DNA of 47,242 nt, taken from positions 1 to 47,242 of IMG/VR virus record IMGVR_UViG_3300012940_000036; one strand, written 5' to 3'. Of this stretch, positions 35,820-44,859 are shown piece after piece. Every line of letters starts with the position of its first letter. Within the stretch, counting starts at the first letter, position 1. A program made the position numbers and the translations under genes. This DNA is from a virus. Lineage: Duplodnaviria > Caudoviricetes. The notes beneath the pieces were generated by a model. That model was not told the origin of the DNA and did not search any database. It saw only the letters and a list, made by a program, of their open reading frames with translations.

Positions 35820-36107
35820 GTGGACAACCAGCACCGGAAAATCAGCGGCTACCGCGAACTCAGCCAGAACGAGATCGACCTGATGAACGAGATCAAGGCC
35901 TTCGGCCCGCAGCTCGCCCAACTGATCGACAAGGTCGAGGAGCACATCGGCATTCAGGTTGAGAAAGCCAACAGCATGGAGACCGATGAAGAGACCGAGC
36001 GCCTCGATGCGGCCGGCCCGCGCCGCTGGGCCGCGATCGCGAAGAAGGACCTCCAGATCGGCCTGATGGCGCTGACGCGCGCCGTCGCTCAACCGACTTT
36101 CTTCTGA
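35820..36107 (+). CDS. acb2: Anti-CBASS cyclic-nucleotide sponge, Acb2 family
   Basis: MDNQHRKISGYRELSQNEIDLMNEIK and RWAAIAKKDLQIGLMALTRAVAQP match the Acb2 pattern as recalled. Confidence 0.88.
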   Translation: MDNQHRKISGYRELSQNEIDLMNEIKAFGPQLAQLIDKVEEHIGIQVEKANSMETDEETERLDAAGPRRWAAIAKKDLQIGLMALTRAVAQPTFF

Positions 36108-36117
36108 GGCAGAAACC

Positions 36118-36363
36118 ATGATCGAGCTTGGAAAGAAAGGCCGGGACAAGATCACTGGCTTCGAGGGAATCATCACCGGTCGTTGCCAATACCTCACCGG
36201 CTGCGACCAGTACAGCCTGGTGCCGCCGGCGCGCGACGGGAAGATCGAAGGCGCCCAATGGTTCGATGAGGGGCGCATCGAGGTCATCGGCGACGGCGTC
36301 ACCGCCGCCCAGGTGCAGGCGCCGCAGCGCGGTGGCCCGAACCGCGACGCTCCCCAGGCCTGA
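36118..36363 (+). CDS. Hypothetical protein
   Basis: DKITGFEG...YLTGCDQY conserved-looking phage motif. Confidence 0.75.
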   Translation: MIELGKKGRDKITGFEGIITGRCQYLTGCDQYSLVPPARDGKIEGAQWFDEGRIEVIGDGVTAAQVQAPQRGGPNRDAPQA

Positions 36364-36430
36364 GCATCACTTCTGCACCTGGGCGACCGGGTGCAGCGGG
36401 ATGCGACGAGCATCACCTTCCCCATCCTTC

Positions 36431-36453
36431 GCCCGGTTCGCCGGGCCTTTTTT
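36431..36453 (+). terminator. Intrinsic terminator
   Basis: GCCCGG-TTCG-CCGGGC plus U tract. Confidence 0.75.
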
Positions 36454-36546
36454 CGCCCTCTTTCGCATGCCGACGCATCGCCGGCAGCCGAAAGCGCGCA
36501 CGTCGCCCTCGGCCAAGGGCATTCGAACTCCTCAAAGGAAACCCCA

Positions 36547-37266
36547 ATGAAAACCTATACCCCCGAAGAGCTTGCCGAGGTCCTGGAAAAACACCGCATG
36601 TGGCTGGATGACGAAGAAGGCGGCGAGCAGGCAGACCTGCGCGGCGCCTACCTGCGCGGCGCCGACCTGAGCGACGCCAACCTGCGCGGCGCCAACCTGA
36701 GCGACGCCTACCTGAGCGACGCCAACCTGAGCGACGCCGACCTGCGCGGCGCCGACCTGAGCGACGCCTACCTGAGCGACGCCAACCTGCGCGGCGCCAA
36801 CCTGCGCGGCGCCGACCTGAGCGACGCCGACCTGAGCGACGCCAACCTGCGCGGCGCCAACCTGCGCGGCGCCTACCTGCGCGGCGCCGACCTGAGCGAC
36901 GCCGACCTGAGCGGCGCCGACCTGAGCGACGCCAACCTGAGCGGCGCCTACCTGAGCGGCGCCAACCTGAGCGGCGCCTACCTGAGCGAACTGTCTTCCA
37001 TCTGTGGCCTGACCGGCAACCTCCGCGAGGTGAAGGCCATCCAGGCGGACATCTGGCCGGTCACCTACACCGCCACCCATATGCAGATCGGCTGCCAGTT
37101 CCACCTGCTCAGCGAGTGGTGGGCCTTCAACGACGAAGAGATCGGCCGCATGGATTCGAAGGCGCTGGACTGGTGGGCGGTCTGGAAACCGATCCTGAAG
37201 CAGATCATCGACGCCTCTCCGGCCGTGCCCGGCGGCGAGAAGCCGGCCGAAACCGAAGCGGCGTAA
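36547..37266 (+). CDS. Pentapeptide-repeat protein
   Basis: 24 A(D/N/Y)L(R/S)(G/D)-type units; C-terminal MQIGCQFH domain. Confidence 0.9.
   Translation: MKTYTPEELAEVLEKHRMWLDDEEGGEQADLRGAYLRGADLSDANLRGANLSDAYLSDANLSDADLRGADLSDAYLSDANLRGANLRGADLSDADLSDANLRGANLRGAYLRGADLSDADLSGADLSDANLSGAYLSGANLSGAYLSELSSICGLTGNLREVKAIQADIWPVTYTATHMQIGCQFHLLSEWWAFNDEEIGRMDSKALDWWAVWKPILKQIIDASPAVPGGEKPAETEAA
36631..36990 (+). repeat. 24 tandem 15-bp coding repeats GCCDACCTGMGCGRC
   Basis: Directly visible in the sequence. Confidence 0.95.
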
Positions 37267-37363
37267 CCGAACAGCGAACGAGTCGAGGGGCTAGCGCAGC
37301 CAGACCTGACACATCCGGGGAAGTGCCCGGCGTTCGCTCTTAATTCCCTCCCAGGAGGAAGCC

Positions 37364-37657
37364 ATGACTTACACAGTAAGCATCGAACAGTACGAACTCC
37401 AGGTCGAAGTCACCGACTATTCGCCAGGCCGCGCAGGCAAGTACAGCGGCCCCTGGGAGGATTGCTACCCCGACGAGCCTGAAGAGCTGGAATTCGAAGT
37501 TGTTTCTGGTCTGGTCTACGACGAGGGCGGCAACGCGAAAGACCTTGGCCGTAACGGCTGCGCATCGGTGGCTGAGCTGTACGCCGAAGAGATCGAGGCG
37601 CGGCTTCTGGATCGAATTCATGAAGATCGCGACGACCGCGACTGGGAGGCGGCATGA
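37364..37657 (+). CDS. Hypothetical acidic protein
   Basis: AGGAGG RBS. Confidence 0.75.
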   Translation: MTYTVSIEQYELQVEVTDYSPGRAGKYSGPWEDCYPDEPEELEFEVVSGLVYDEGGNAKDLGRNGCASVAELYAEEIEARLLDRIHEDRDDRDWEAA

Positions 37658-37845
37658 AATACGACGTCGACCTTCACTATCCGAAGCAGACTCGCCAGCC
37701 GGTCTATACGGTCCGCCTTGAGGCAATCAGCGAAAGTCAGGCCGTAGCACACGCCAAGATCTTCGCGCGCCAGGAAGGCTGGAAAGGCGAGCCGCTGAAG
37801 CATCGCGTGTACCAAGCTCGGGAGGACGAAGCATGGTCTGCATAG
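37654..37845 (+). CDS. Hypothetical protein
   Basis: ATGA-coupled; GGAGG RBS. Confidence 0.7.
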   Translation: MKYDVDLHYPKQTRQPVYTVRLEAISESQAVAHAKIFARQEGWKGEPLKHRVYQAREDEAWSA

Positions 37846-37868
37846 CCGCCACCTTCCCGGACTTGATC

Positions 37869-37897
37869 AAAGCCCTGCAATGTCAGGGCTTTTCTTT
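37869..37897 (+). terminator. Intrinsic terminator
   Basis: AAAGCCCTG/CAGGGCTTT plus U tract. Confidence 0.7.
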
Positions 37898-37957
37898 GCC
37901 CGTCTTCCGGCGCTCGCCGTTCAAGCAGGCTGGGCGCTGGGTGTGCGAGGTTCAGCC

Positions 37958-38170
37958 ATGAATCTGAATGACGGAGACGCGACCTTTGTTGGGTCTTTCA
38001 ACAAGATCGGGTGGACCGAGGACGGAAGGAAGATGACGTTCGGGTTCAGGCCGCCGCGCGGAGAGCAGTTCGTTGTCATGCTGCTCGGTTCGGCAAAGAA
38101 GGACGCTACTGATTTTGACCTTGAGGGCGCGCTGAACAGGCTCGGTTTCTATCGGAAGGAGGAAGCATGA
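37958..38170 (+). CDS. Hypothetical protein
   Basis: GAGG RBS; MNLNDG start. Confidence 0.65.
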   Translation: MNLNDGDATFVGSFNKIGWTEDGRKMTFGFRPPRGEQFVVMLLGSAKKDATDFDLEGALNRLGFYRKEEA

Positions 38171-38454
38171 TGCTCCGCAAAGCCCTCCGCAACGGCCTGA
38201 TCCTCGCACTCCTCTCCATGCTCGCCTTCTTCAAGGCCATCGAGTTCGCCGACGCGATCACGGGCCGGCACACCGTAGAGCAACCGATTCAGTACCCAAC
38301 ACCACAGCCGACCGCGGCGGCCCGCTGTACCTGTTCATTCTCGCAGCCGGCCCGATCTGGGGCGGCATCATCACCGCAGAAGCTACGCACCTGTCCGCAG
38401 CAGGCCGGTAATCCGGATAGCTGCGGCTTCCCCAGCGGGCGGTGGGCGGCATGA
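38167..38454 (+). CDS. Membrane-anchored hypothetical protein, possibly chimeric at its 3' end
   Basis: Coupled start, N-terminal TM; low-quality C-terminal half. Confidence 0.5.
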   Translation: MMLRKALRNGLILALLSMLAFFKAIEFADAITGRHTVEQPIQYPTPQPTAAARCTCSFSQPARSGAASSPQKLRTCPQQAGNPDSCGFPSGRWAA

Positions 38455-38583
38455 AGAAAACACCCGCAGCAGCGGCTTCTAGCGAAACGCTATTCATCCC
38501 GCAGGGATGACGCTGCCGAGTGGCGCCGTAAGCGCCTTTCCCCTCCCCTCTACCAGCTGCGCGCCGCGCGGCAAGGAACAACC

Positions 38584-39327
38584 GTGAACGCAATCACTGA
38601 ACCCGTATCGCGCGGCAGCTTCAGCCTGGCCCCGCAGTCGCTCGACGAGGCCCTGCGCTTCGCCGAGATGCTGAGCAAGTCCAGCATCGTGCCAAAGGAC
38701 TTCAACGGCAACCCGGGCAACATCCTGGTCGCCATCCAGTGGGGTATGGAACTCGGCCTGCAGCCCATGCAGGCAATGCAGAACATCGCCGTGATCAACG
38801 GACGCCCGGCGCTGTGGGGTGATGCCGTAATCGCCCTGGTTCGCTCCTCGCCGCTCTGTGAGTACGTGTACGAGACCATCGACGGCGATGTGGCCACCTG
38901 TCGCGTGAAGCGTCGCGGCGAGGAAGAACAGGTCCGCACCTTCAGTTTGGCCGACGCGAAGGCCGCTGGGTTGATCGGCAAGCAGGGGCCCTGGACGCAA
39001 TACCCCAAGCGAATGCTGCAACTCCGCGCCCGCGCCTTCGCCCTGCGCGACGTTTTCCCCGACGTGCTGCGCGGCATGCCGGTTGCCGAAGAGGTGATGG
39101 ACATGCCTAAGGAGCGCGACATCACGCCTACGTCGCCGAAGCTGGAGCAGGACAAACCGGCCTACACCGACGAGCAGTTGGCCGAGAACCTGCCGAAATG
39201 GCGCCAAGCCATCGAGCAGAGCAAGACCTCGCCCGACCACCTGATCAACACCATCAGCAGCAAATACGTCCTGAGCGATGAGCAGGTCGCCCAGATCAAG
39301 GCGCTCGATCCCATCGAAGGAGAATGA
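38584..39327 (+). CDS. RecT/Redbeta-like ssDNA annealing protein
   Basis: GMELGLQPMQA, INGRPALWGD, WTQYPKRML and LRDVFPDVLRG motifs. Confidence 0.88.
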   Translation: MNAITEPVSRGSFSLAPQSLDEALRFAEMLSKSSIVPKDFNGNPGNILVAIQWGMELGLQPMQAMQNIAVINGRPALWGDAVIALVRSSPLCEYVYETIDGDVATCRVKRRGEEEQVRTFSLADAKAAGLIGKQGPWTQYPKRMLQLRARAFALRDVFPDVLRGMPVAEEVMDMPKERDITPTSPKLEQDKPAYTDEQLAENLPKWRQAIEQSKTSPDHLINTISSKYVLSDEQVAQIKALDPIEGE

Positions 39328-40922
39328 TCATGCAGATCCACAACGTCACCCAGGGTGCGCCGGAGTGGCACGCCCTGCGAGCCAACTACTTCACTGCCTC
39401 CGAGGCGCCGGCGATGATGGGCGTCTCGAAGTACCAGTCGCGCAGCGACCTGCTGAAGCAGAAGAGGACCGGCATCGTACCGGAAGTCAGCGAGTCCCAG
39501 CAGCGACTGTTCGACCGCGGCCACGAGACCGAGGCTCTGGCCCGCGCGATCATTGAGGCCCAGATCGGCGAAGACCTGTTCCCGGTGGTCGCCACCGAGG
39601 GCAACCTGCTCGCCAGCGTCGACGGCATGGACATGCTCGGCACCGTATTGTTCGAGCACAAGCTCTGGAACGAAGGCCTGGCCGCCAAGGTGCGCGCCGG
39701 AGAGCTGGAGCCGCACTACTACTGGCAGCTGGAACAGCAGTTGCTGGTCACCGGCGCCGAGCGCGCCATCTTCGTCTGCTCCGACGGCACCGAGAACAAC
39801 CTGGTGCAGATGGAATATCGACCGGTCGCCGGGCGCCGTGAGCAACTGCTGGCTGGCTGGGCACAGTTCGAGCAGGACCTGGCCGAGTTCTCCCCGCAGG
39901 AAGCCAAGGTAGAAGCCGTTGGCCGTGCCCCCGGCGCTCTGCCAGCGCTGCGCATCGAAGTCACCGGCATGGTCACCGCCAGCAACCTCGATGCCTTCAA
40001 GGAACACGCCCTGGCGATCTTCAAGGGCATCAACACCGAGCTGCAGACCGACCAGGACTTTGCCAACGCCGAGCAGGCGGTGAAATGGTGCGGCGACGTC
40101 GAGGAACGCCTGGCAGCCGCCAAGCAGCATGCGCTGAGCCAGACCGAGAGCATCGACGCCCTCTTCCGCGCCATCGACGAGATTTCGGCCGAGGCCCGCG
40201 CCAAGCGCCTGGAACTCGATAAGCTGGTGAAAGCTCGGAAGGAGAAAATCCGCACCGACATCGTCACCAAGGCCAGCACCGCATTGCGTGAGCACATCGC
40301 GCAGATCAACGAGACGCTCGGCGGTCGCGTCGTTATGCCCGCCATCGCTGTCGACTTCGCCGGCGCCATCAAGGGGAAGAAGACCGTCGCCAGCCTGCAG
40401 GACGCCGCAAACACCGAGTTGGCCAGGGCGAAGATCGAAGCCAGCCAGGTGGCCGACGGCATCCGCGCCAATCTGCGCAGCTTCGACGAACTGGCTGGGG
40501 ATCATGCATCCCTGTTCGCCGACCTGCAGCAGCTGGTACTGAAGCCCAGTGATGACCTGGTGGCGACAGTAAAGTCCAGGATCACTGAGCACGAAGCCGA
40601 GCAGAAGCGCCTGGAAGAGAAGCGCGCTGCGACAGTAACGCAGCCTGCTGCCGAGCCAGTGGCGCAAGTGGCGCAGCGCCAGGCGGTGTCGGTGGCCGTA
40701 GTTGCGCCGACGGAGGACGACGGCCTGCGCATCAAGCTGGGCGACATCAACAACCGCCTAGGCTTCGCGCTGACTGCCGACTTCCTTCGCTCCATCGGCT
40801 TTGAGCCAGCCGGCCGCGAGCGTGCAGCGGTGCTGTACCGCGCCGCCGACTTCCAGCGTATTTGTGCAGCGCTGATCGCCCACATCCAGCAGGCACAGGC
40901 CGGGCAGCAGGTCGCAGCATGA
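39324..40922 (+). CDS. YqaJ / lambda-exonuclease-like protein with long coiled-coil C-terminus
   Basis: QGAPEWHALR, TASEA, ASVDG, FEHK and YYWQLEQQL motifs. Confidence 0.9.
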   Translation: MIMQIHNVTQGAPEWHALRANYFTASEAPAMMGVSKYQSRSDLLKQKRTGIVPEVSESQQRLFDRGHETEALARAIIEAQIGEDLFPVVATEGNLLASVDGMDMLGTVLFEHKLWNEGLAAKVRAGELEPHYYWQLEQQLLVTGAERAIFVCSDGTENNLVQMEYRPVAGRREQLLAGWAQFEQDLAEFSPQEAKVEAVGRAPGALPALRIEVTGMVTASNLDAFKEHALAIFKGINTELQTDQDFANAEQAVKWCGDVEERLAAAKQHALSQTESIDALFRAIDEISAEARAKRLELDKLVKARKEKIRTDIVTKASTALREHIAQINETLGGRVVMPAIAVDFAGAIKGKKTVASLQDAANTELARAKIEASQVADGIRANLRSFDELAGDHASLFADLQQLVLKPSDDLVATVKSRITEHEAEQKRLEEKRAATVTQPAAEPVAQVAQRQAVSVAVVAPTEDDGLRIKLGDINNRLGFALTADFLRSIGFEPAGRERAAVLYRAADFQRICAALIAHIQQAQAGQQVAA

Positions 40923-40977
40923 GCATGATCCCCATCGACTACCGCACACGTCATCCGCTGGAAGATCGCCGGGAGCA

Positions 40978-41005
40978 ACTGGCCGGCCGGCATGATCGCC
41001 GACAT
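40978..41005 (+). repeat. 28-bp direct repeat, copy 1
   Basis: ACTGGCCGGCCGGCATGATCGCCGACAT is identical to 45343-45370. Confidence 0.9.
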
Positions 41006-41085
41006 GACCATGGGTAAGCGACGCCTCCCCTGACTATCACGCAACCCACTGCTCTCGCGGCGTGGCTGCGCAGCCTGGAGAGACC

Positions 41086-41445
41086 ATGACCGAGCACAAC
41101 ATCGTCAGCATCAGCGGCGGAAAGGACCATGTCGGGCCGTCCGACTCCATTCCAACTGCCAGCGGCGCGCCAACGCACAGGGCCATCATGAATCTGAATC
41201 TCAACATCTACCGCCACACCTTCGTTGCCAAGTGCCCCGCGGATGGTGAGCAGATCATCTACAGGCTGGAGATCCGCTCGGCGATGATGATTCGCGTCGA
41301 GCACATCCGTACCGCCACCGCGTTGATCAAATGTGGCTTCCAGGAAGAGATCGCGGACCGCCTGCAGGATCAACTCGGCGGCGAACAACGCATCGTCGGC
41401 TTGCACCAGGGCGTCGAGGTCGAAACCGTGAGGTTGCCAGCGTGA
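41086..41445 (+). CDS. QueF-like (QueF-L type) single T-fold protein, fused to a PP-loop remnant; alternative start at 41188
   Basis: CP...Y.LEI...VE...QEEIA...GVEVETV spacing resembles archaeal QueF-L (CP, E, HEE, GVEVE); coupled to a TGT-like gene. Confidence 0.6.
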   Translation: MTEHNIVSISGGKDHVGPSDSIPTASGAPTHRAIMNLNLNIYRHTFVAKCPADGEQIIYRLEIRSAMMIRVEHIRTATALIKCGFQEEIADRLQDQLGGEQRIVGLHQGVEVETVRLPA

Positions 41446-42170
41446 TGATTCACTACCACGGCACCCCAATCGGTGGCACTCGCCAGGACGCCGCGCGTTT
41501 CCTCGCTGGGCGGCATGCCTTGGTTCCGTTCCCGCGCCAGGACGATATGGGCATCGTCGCCGACACCTGCCAGAGCTTCTGTTTCGACAACGGTGCTTTT
41601 TCGGTCTGGAAGCAGGGCGGCACCCTCGACGTCGACGGGTACATCCGCTGGGTAGAGAACTGGCGCCAGCACCCCGGGTTCGACTGGGCGCTGATCCCCG
41701 ACGTAATCGACGGCGATGAAGAGGCCAACGACCAACTACTCGAACAGTGGCCAGCGCACCTGCCTGGCGTCCCGGTCTGGCATCTGCACGAATCCCTGGA
41801 ACGCCTGCAAAGATTGGCAAGCGCGTGGCGCACTGTTGCCCTGGGCAGTTCCGGCCAATGGGCGACACCCGGCACGGCGGCTTGGTGGAAACGCATTGCC
41901 AGCGCGATGGACGTCATTTGCGATGCCCACGGCCGGCCGGTCTGCCGGCTGCACGGCCTGCGGATGCTCGATCCGCAGATTTTCAGTCGCCTGCCGTTCG
42001 CCAGTGCGGACAGCACGAACGCGGCAGTCAACGGCGGCAGCGTCTCCAGATTCGGCATGTACGTGCCGCCTACAGCAGGCCAGCGCGCGGCAGTGATCGC
42101 TGATCGCATCGAAGCCCACAACTCAGCCCCGGTCTGGACGCGTAGTGGCCAAGCCGAACTGGCCATTTAG
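41445..42170 (+). CDS. DpdA/TGT-like base transglycosylase (candidate 7-deazaguanine DNA insertion enzyme)
   Basis: Ordered motifs DNGAFS, PDVI, VPVWH, VALGS, LHGL and SADST parallel DpdA-type DSGAFS, LDVI, PVFH, ALGG, HGFG and SVDST. Confidence 0.75.
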   Translation: MIHYHGTPIGGTRQDAARFLAGRHALVPFPRQDDMGIVADTCQSFCFDNGAFSVWKQGGTLDVDGYIRWVENWRQHPGFDWALIPDVIDGDEEANDQLLEQWPAHLPGVPVWHLHESLERLQRLASAWRTVALGSSGQWATPGTAAWWKRIASAMDVICDAHGRPVCRLHGLRMLDPQIFSRLPFASADSTNAAVNGGSVSRFGMYVPPTAGQRAAVIADRIEAHNSAPVWTRSGQAELAI

Positions 42171-42333
42171 GTGAGGAGCTCGAAGCATGAGTATGCCCGC
42201 GGCCTACTACAAGCGATGCGCCAGACGCAATCGAATCCAAGCCCATCGCCTCCTCCTTTATCCGGCCCCATGCCGGGCCATCCGAACCTACCCCACTCCC
42301 CGCCATTGCGCCACTACGGCGCGAGGACATCTC

Positions 42334-43050
42334 ATGAAGACCTACGAACAGCTGCGCGAAGAGCGCCGAGCTGAAGCAGCCGAGTACCTGAAGAATCACC
42401 AGTATCGCCCCCTGGTAGATGCCGATGACGTGAAGGTCTGGCGCTGCCAGCAGCCGGGCACCAGCGCCTATGCCTTCGACATCATGCTCACCCGCTACGG
42501 CATCGCCGTCGTGGGCGACATCGCCAATCTGACCTTCGGTGTTGGACTGAGCTACGGCCTCGACTTCCTGTCCGGCGACGACGTTGGCTACTACATCCAT
42601 TCGAAGCTCGACGAGAAGTGCAAGACCAGGGAATTCGACGAGGCAGCATTCCGTGGCGCACTCGTCACCGGGATCTGCCAGCGCATCGCCGATGAGGCTG
42701 AATACGACGCTTATGAAGAGCTCCCCGCATGGGTGCGCGAGGAGAAGGAGCGCGGCCCTGACGGCAGCCACTGGAAGGAGCTGCGCGATTTCATCTGCAC
42801 CGAGGCCCGCAAGAACGATGCCGACGATAAGTGGGGGGAGTGGGACGACCTGCTGCGCGAAGCCAGTGACATTGGCGATGAGCACTACGCAGGCGCCTTC
42901 ATGAACGAGCACTGCGAGACGCTAGGCCTCGGGCCTGACTGGTGGGAGATCAGAACCACCACGCCGGCCGAGTCCCTGATGCGCGAGCTCTACATGATCC
43001 GCCACGCCGCGCTCGCCATCCTGGCGCAGAAGCAAGCCGCCGCTGCCTGA
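42334..43050 (+). CDS. Hypothetical protein
   Basis: GAGGA RBS; coding-like codon usage. Confidence 0.8.
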   Translation: MKTYEQLREERRAEAAEYLKNHQYRPLVDADDVKVWRCQQPGTSAYAFDIMLTRYGIAVVGDIANLTFGVGLSYGLDFLSGDDVGYYIHSKLDEKCKTREFDEAAFRGALVTGICQRIADEAEYDAYEELPAWVREEKERGPDGSHWKELRDFICTEARKNDADDKWGEWDDLLREASDIGDEHYAGAFMNEHCETLGLGPDWWEIRTTTPAESLMRELYMIRHAALAILAQKQAAAA

Positions 43051-43115
43051 CCCTCCGCAACAAACTGCCCTTTTCCGGAAACTCTTTCCCGCGCCAGCAG
43101 GCGCAAGGATTCGTC

Positions 43116-43337
43116 ATGCTCGACAAATCAGCCTTCCAGCGCTCAGCCGAGGCGCTGGTAGCGAACCCACACGCGCATTACCAGGCCCAGTTGGAAGAAG
43201 CCCTGTTCCACGAGCGGGCCCTGGACCTGATCCGGCGCCTGAAGGTCTATGCCGACCGCAGCGCTTCACCGATAGCCCATGAACTCTGCGTTGAAGCGAC
43301 TGAGTTCGTGGCCAAGCATACGAGGACTAAACCATGA
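43116..43337 (+). CDS. Hypothetical protein
   Basis: AAGGA RBS; coupled to the next gene. Confidence 0.65.
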   Translation: MLDKSAFQRSAEALVANPHAHYQAQLEEALFHERALDLIRRLKVYADRSASPIAHELCVEATEFVAKHTRTKP

Positions 43338-44386
43338 CCATGGCAATGGACCTGATCCGCCACATCGCCGGCCTCTACAGCGGCAAGGCCATCAAAGGCG
43401 ACTTCACCCAGGTCTACATCACCGGGAACGAAATCTGGATGGCGCAGCAAATCCTCGCCTCGCAGCAGGGGGAGCAGTGCCCGCAGTGCGACGGCTCAGG
43501 CAAGGTATCTGACAGCGACGGCTGCGGCGTCTGGTACATCGACTGCCAGACCTGCGCCAAGAAGCACCCCGAGCAGGCAGAGGGCGCGCAGGGGGAGCGG
43601 GAGGCGCTTTCCGCGTATTGCGCTTGGTATCGGGGAGTGTTTGGCAGCGCCCCATTCCACGCGAAGGAAAACCAAGAGTTCGCGGCGTTCAAAGCCGGGG
43701 CAGCCTGGCAAGCCCGCGCCGCCCTGGCGCAACCCTCCCCGGCGCCGGAGCTGGAGCGGCCGGAGGTGGTTGGCACGTTGCTTATCGGCGAGCACTACGA
43801 CGGTTCGAAAAGTGTGGATGCAACCAGGAGCTGGCACACGGAAGGCCTAGAGATTGGAGCACACCACTTGATGACCGTCGCCCAGCATGACCGCATCGTC
43901 GGGGCGCTGCGGGCTGAGTCGGCCAAGCGCGGTGTAAGACTTTCCGAAATGCACGAAGATATTCGCGTCATCACCGAAGAGCGCGACGCCGCCCAGGCCA
44001 GGGTGGCGGAGCTTGAGCAATCCACCCAAAACCTGCGCCAGGACCGCAAGCGCCTGACTTCTCAGGCGGTCCAGCATCGCGACGAAATTGAAGCGCTACG
44101 AGCCAGGCTATCCGACCTGGGGAACCAGGTACCGGAGGGCTATGCACTTATTCCGACCCGCCTGCTACTCGACAAGGAGCTTATTGAGTGCATCGCCTTC
44201 CACTGTAGCGATGGAGGCGGATCCTATGGCGACTACCAGGACGGCATCCTCTTCATCGGCGAGATCACCGACGACGATGGCCGGCAGGTTCATGGTCTGC
44301 ACCTGGCCTGCGCCGAGTGCGAGGAAGATGGCTACACGACTCTGGTTGAGTTTGCCGCCGCGCCGGCACAGGGAGGTGAGTTATGA
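43334..44386 (+). CDS. Mosaic early protein (CxxC pairs, Ea22-like coiled coil)
   Basis: CPQCDGSG..CQTC, WQARAAL linker and ERDAAQARVAELE coiled coil. Confidence 0.75.
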   Translation: MTMAMDLIRHIAGLYSGKAIKGDFTQVYITGNEIWMAQQILASQQGEQCPQCDGSGKVSDSDGCGVWYIDCQTCAKKHPEQAEGAQGEREALSAYCAWYRGVFGSAPFHAKENQEFAAFKAGAAWQARAALAQPSPAPELERPEVVGTLLIGEHYDGSKSVDATRSWHTEGLEIGAHHLMTVAQHDRIVGALRAESAKRGVRLSEMHEDIRVITEERDAAQARVAELEQSTQNLRQDRKRLTSQAVQHRDEIEALRARLSDLGNQVPEGYALIPTRLLLDKELIECIAFHCSDGGGSYGDYQDGILFIGEITDDDGRQVHGLHLACAECEEDGYTTLVEFAAAPAQGGEL

Positions 44387-44859
44387 GCGAAGTGAAGACC
44401 TACAGGTTCCCTGACGACACCTTCAAGACTCACATGCGTTACGTGCTGGCATCTGACTACTCCAAGCTCGAAGCCGAAGCCCAGGCGCTCAGGGAGGAAG
44501 TCGCGCGCGGTGAACGGCACCGCAACGATCAGGCAGACCAGATCGTGTCGCTGCGCACCGAAGCCGCAGCCCTGCGCGCAAGGGTGGTGGTTGTGCCCGA
44601 GCGCATGCCGCGTAGCTCTGACATCGCTTCGATCTATCAGCACAACACTGGCTGGAACGCCTGCCTCGACGAACTGGCGCGCCTCAACGGCAAGGTGGTG
44701 AGCGAGGGGCTGTTGCGGCGCTGCGAACAGATGCTCCAGTTCTACTTCGAGTATCTGTGCGACGAGTCGGCAGAAGAAGGCGACATCGCCATGGCTGCCG
44801 AGGCGCGGGATGAACTGCGCGCCCTGCTCGACGAGGGGAAGGAGAACGGCCATGCCTGA
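44383..44859 (+). CDS. Ead/Ea22-like hypothetical protein
   Basis: YVLASDY, coiled coil and GWNACLDE modules. Confidence 0.7.
   Translation: MSEVKTYRFPDDTFKTHMRYVLASDYSKLEAEAQALREEVARGERHRNDQADQIVSLRTEAAALRARVVVVPERMPRSSDIASIYQHNTGWNACLDELARLNGKVVSEGLLRRCEQMLQFYFEYLCDESAEEGDIAMAAEARDELRALLDEGKENGHA

Noticed and set aside
36631-36990. Possible CRISPR array
   Set aside because: Contiguous 15-bp in-frame coding repeats with no spacers and no cas genes
41086-41130. SGGKD as a QueC gene
   Set aside because: Only 14 codons; QueC has SGGxDS plus a full domain and Zn site, none of which is present
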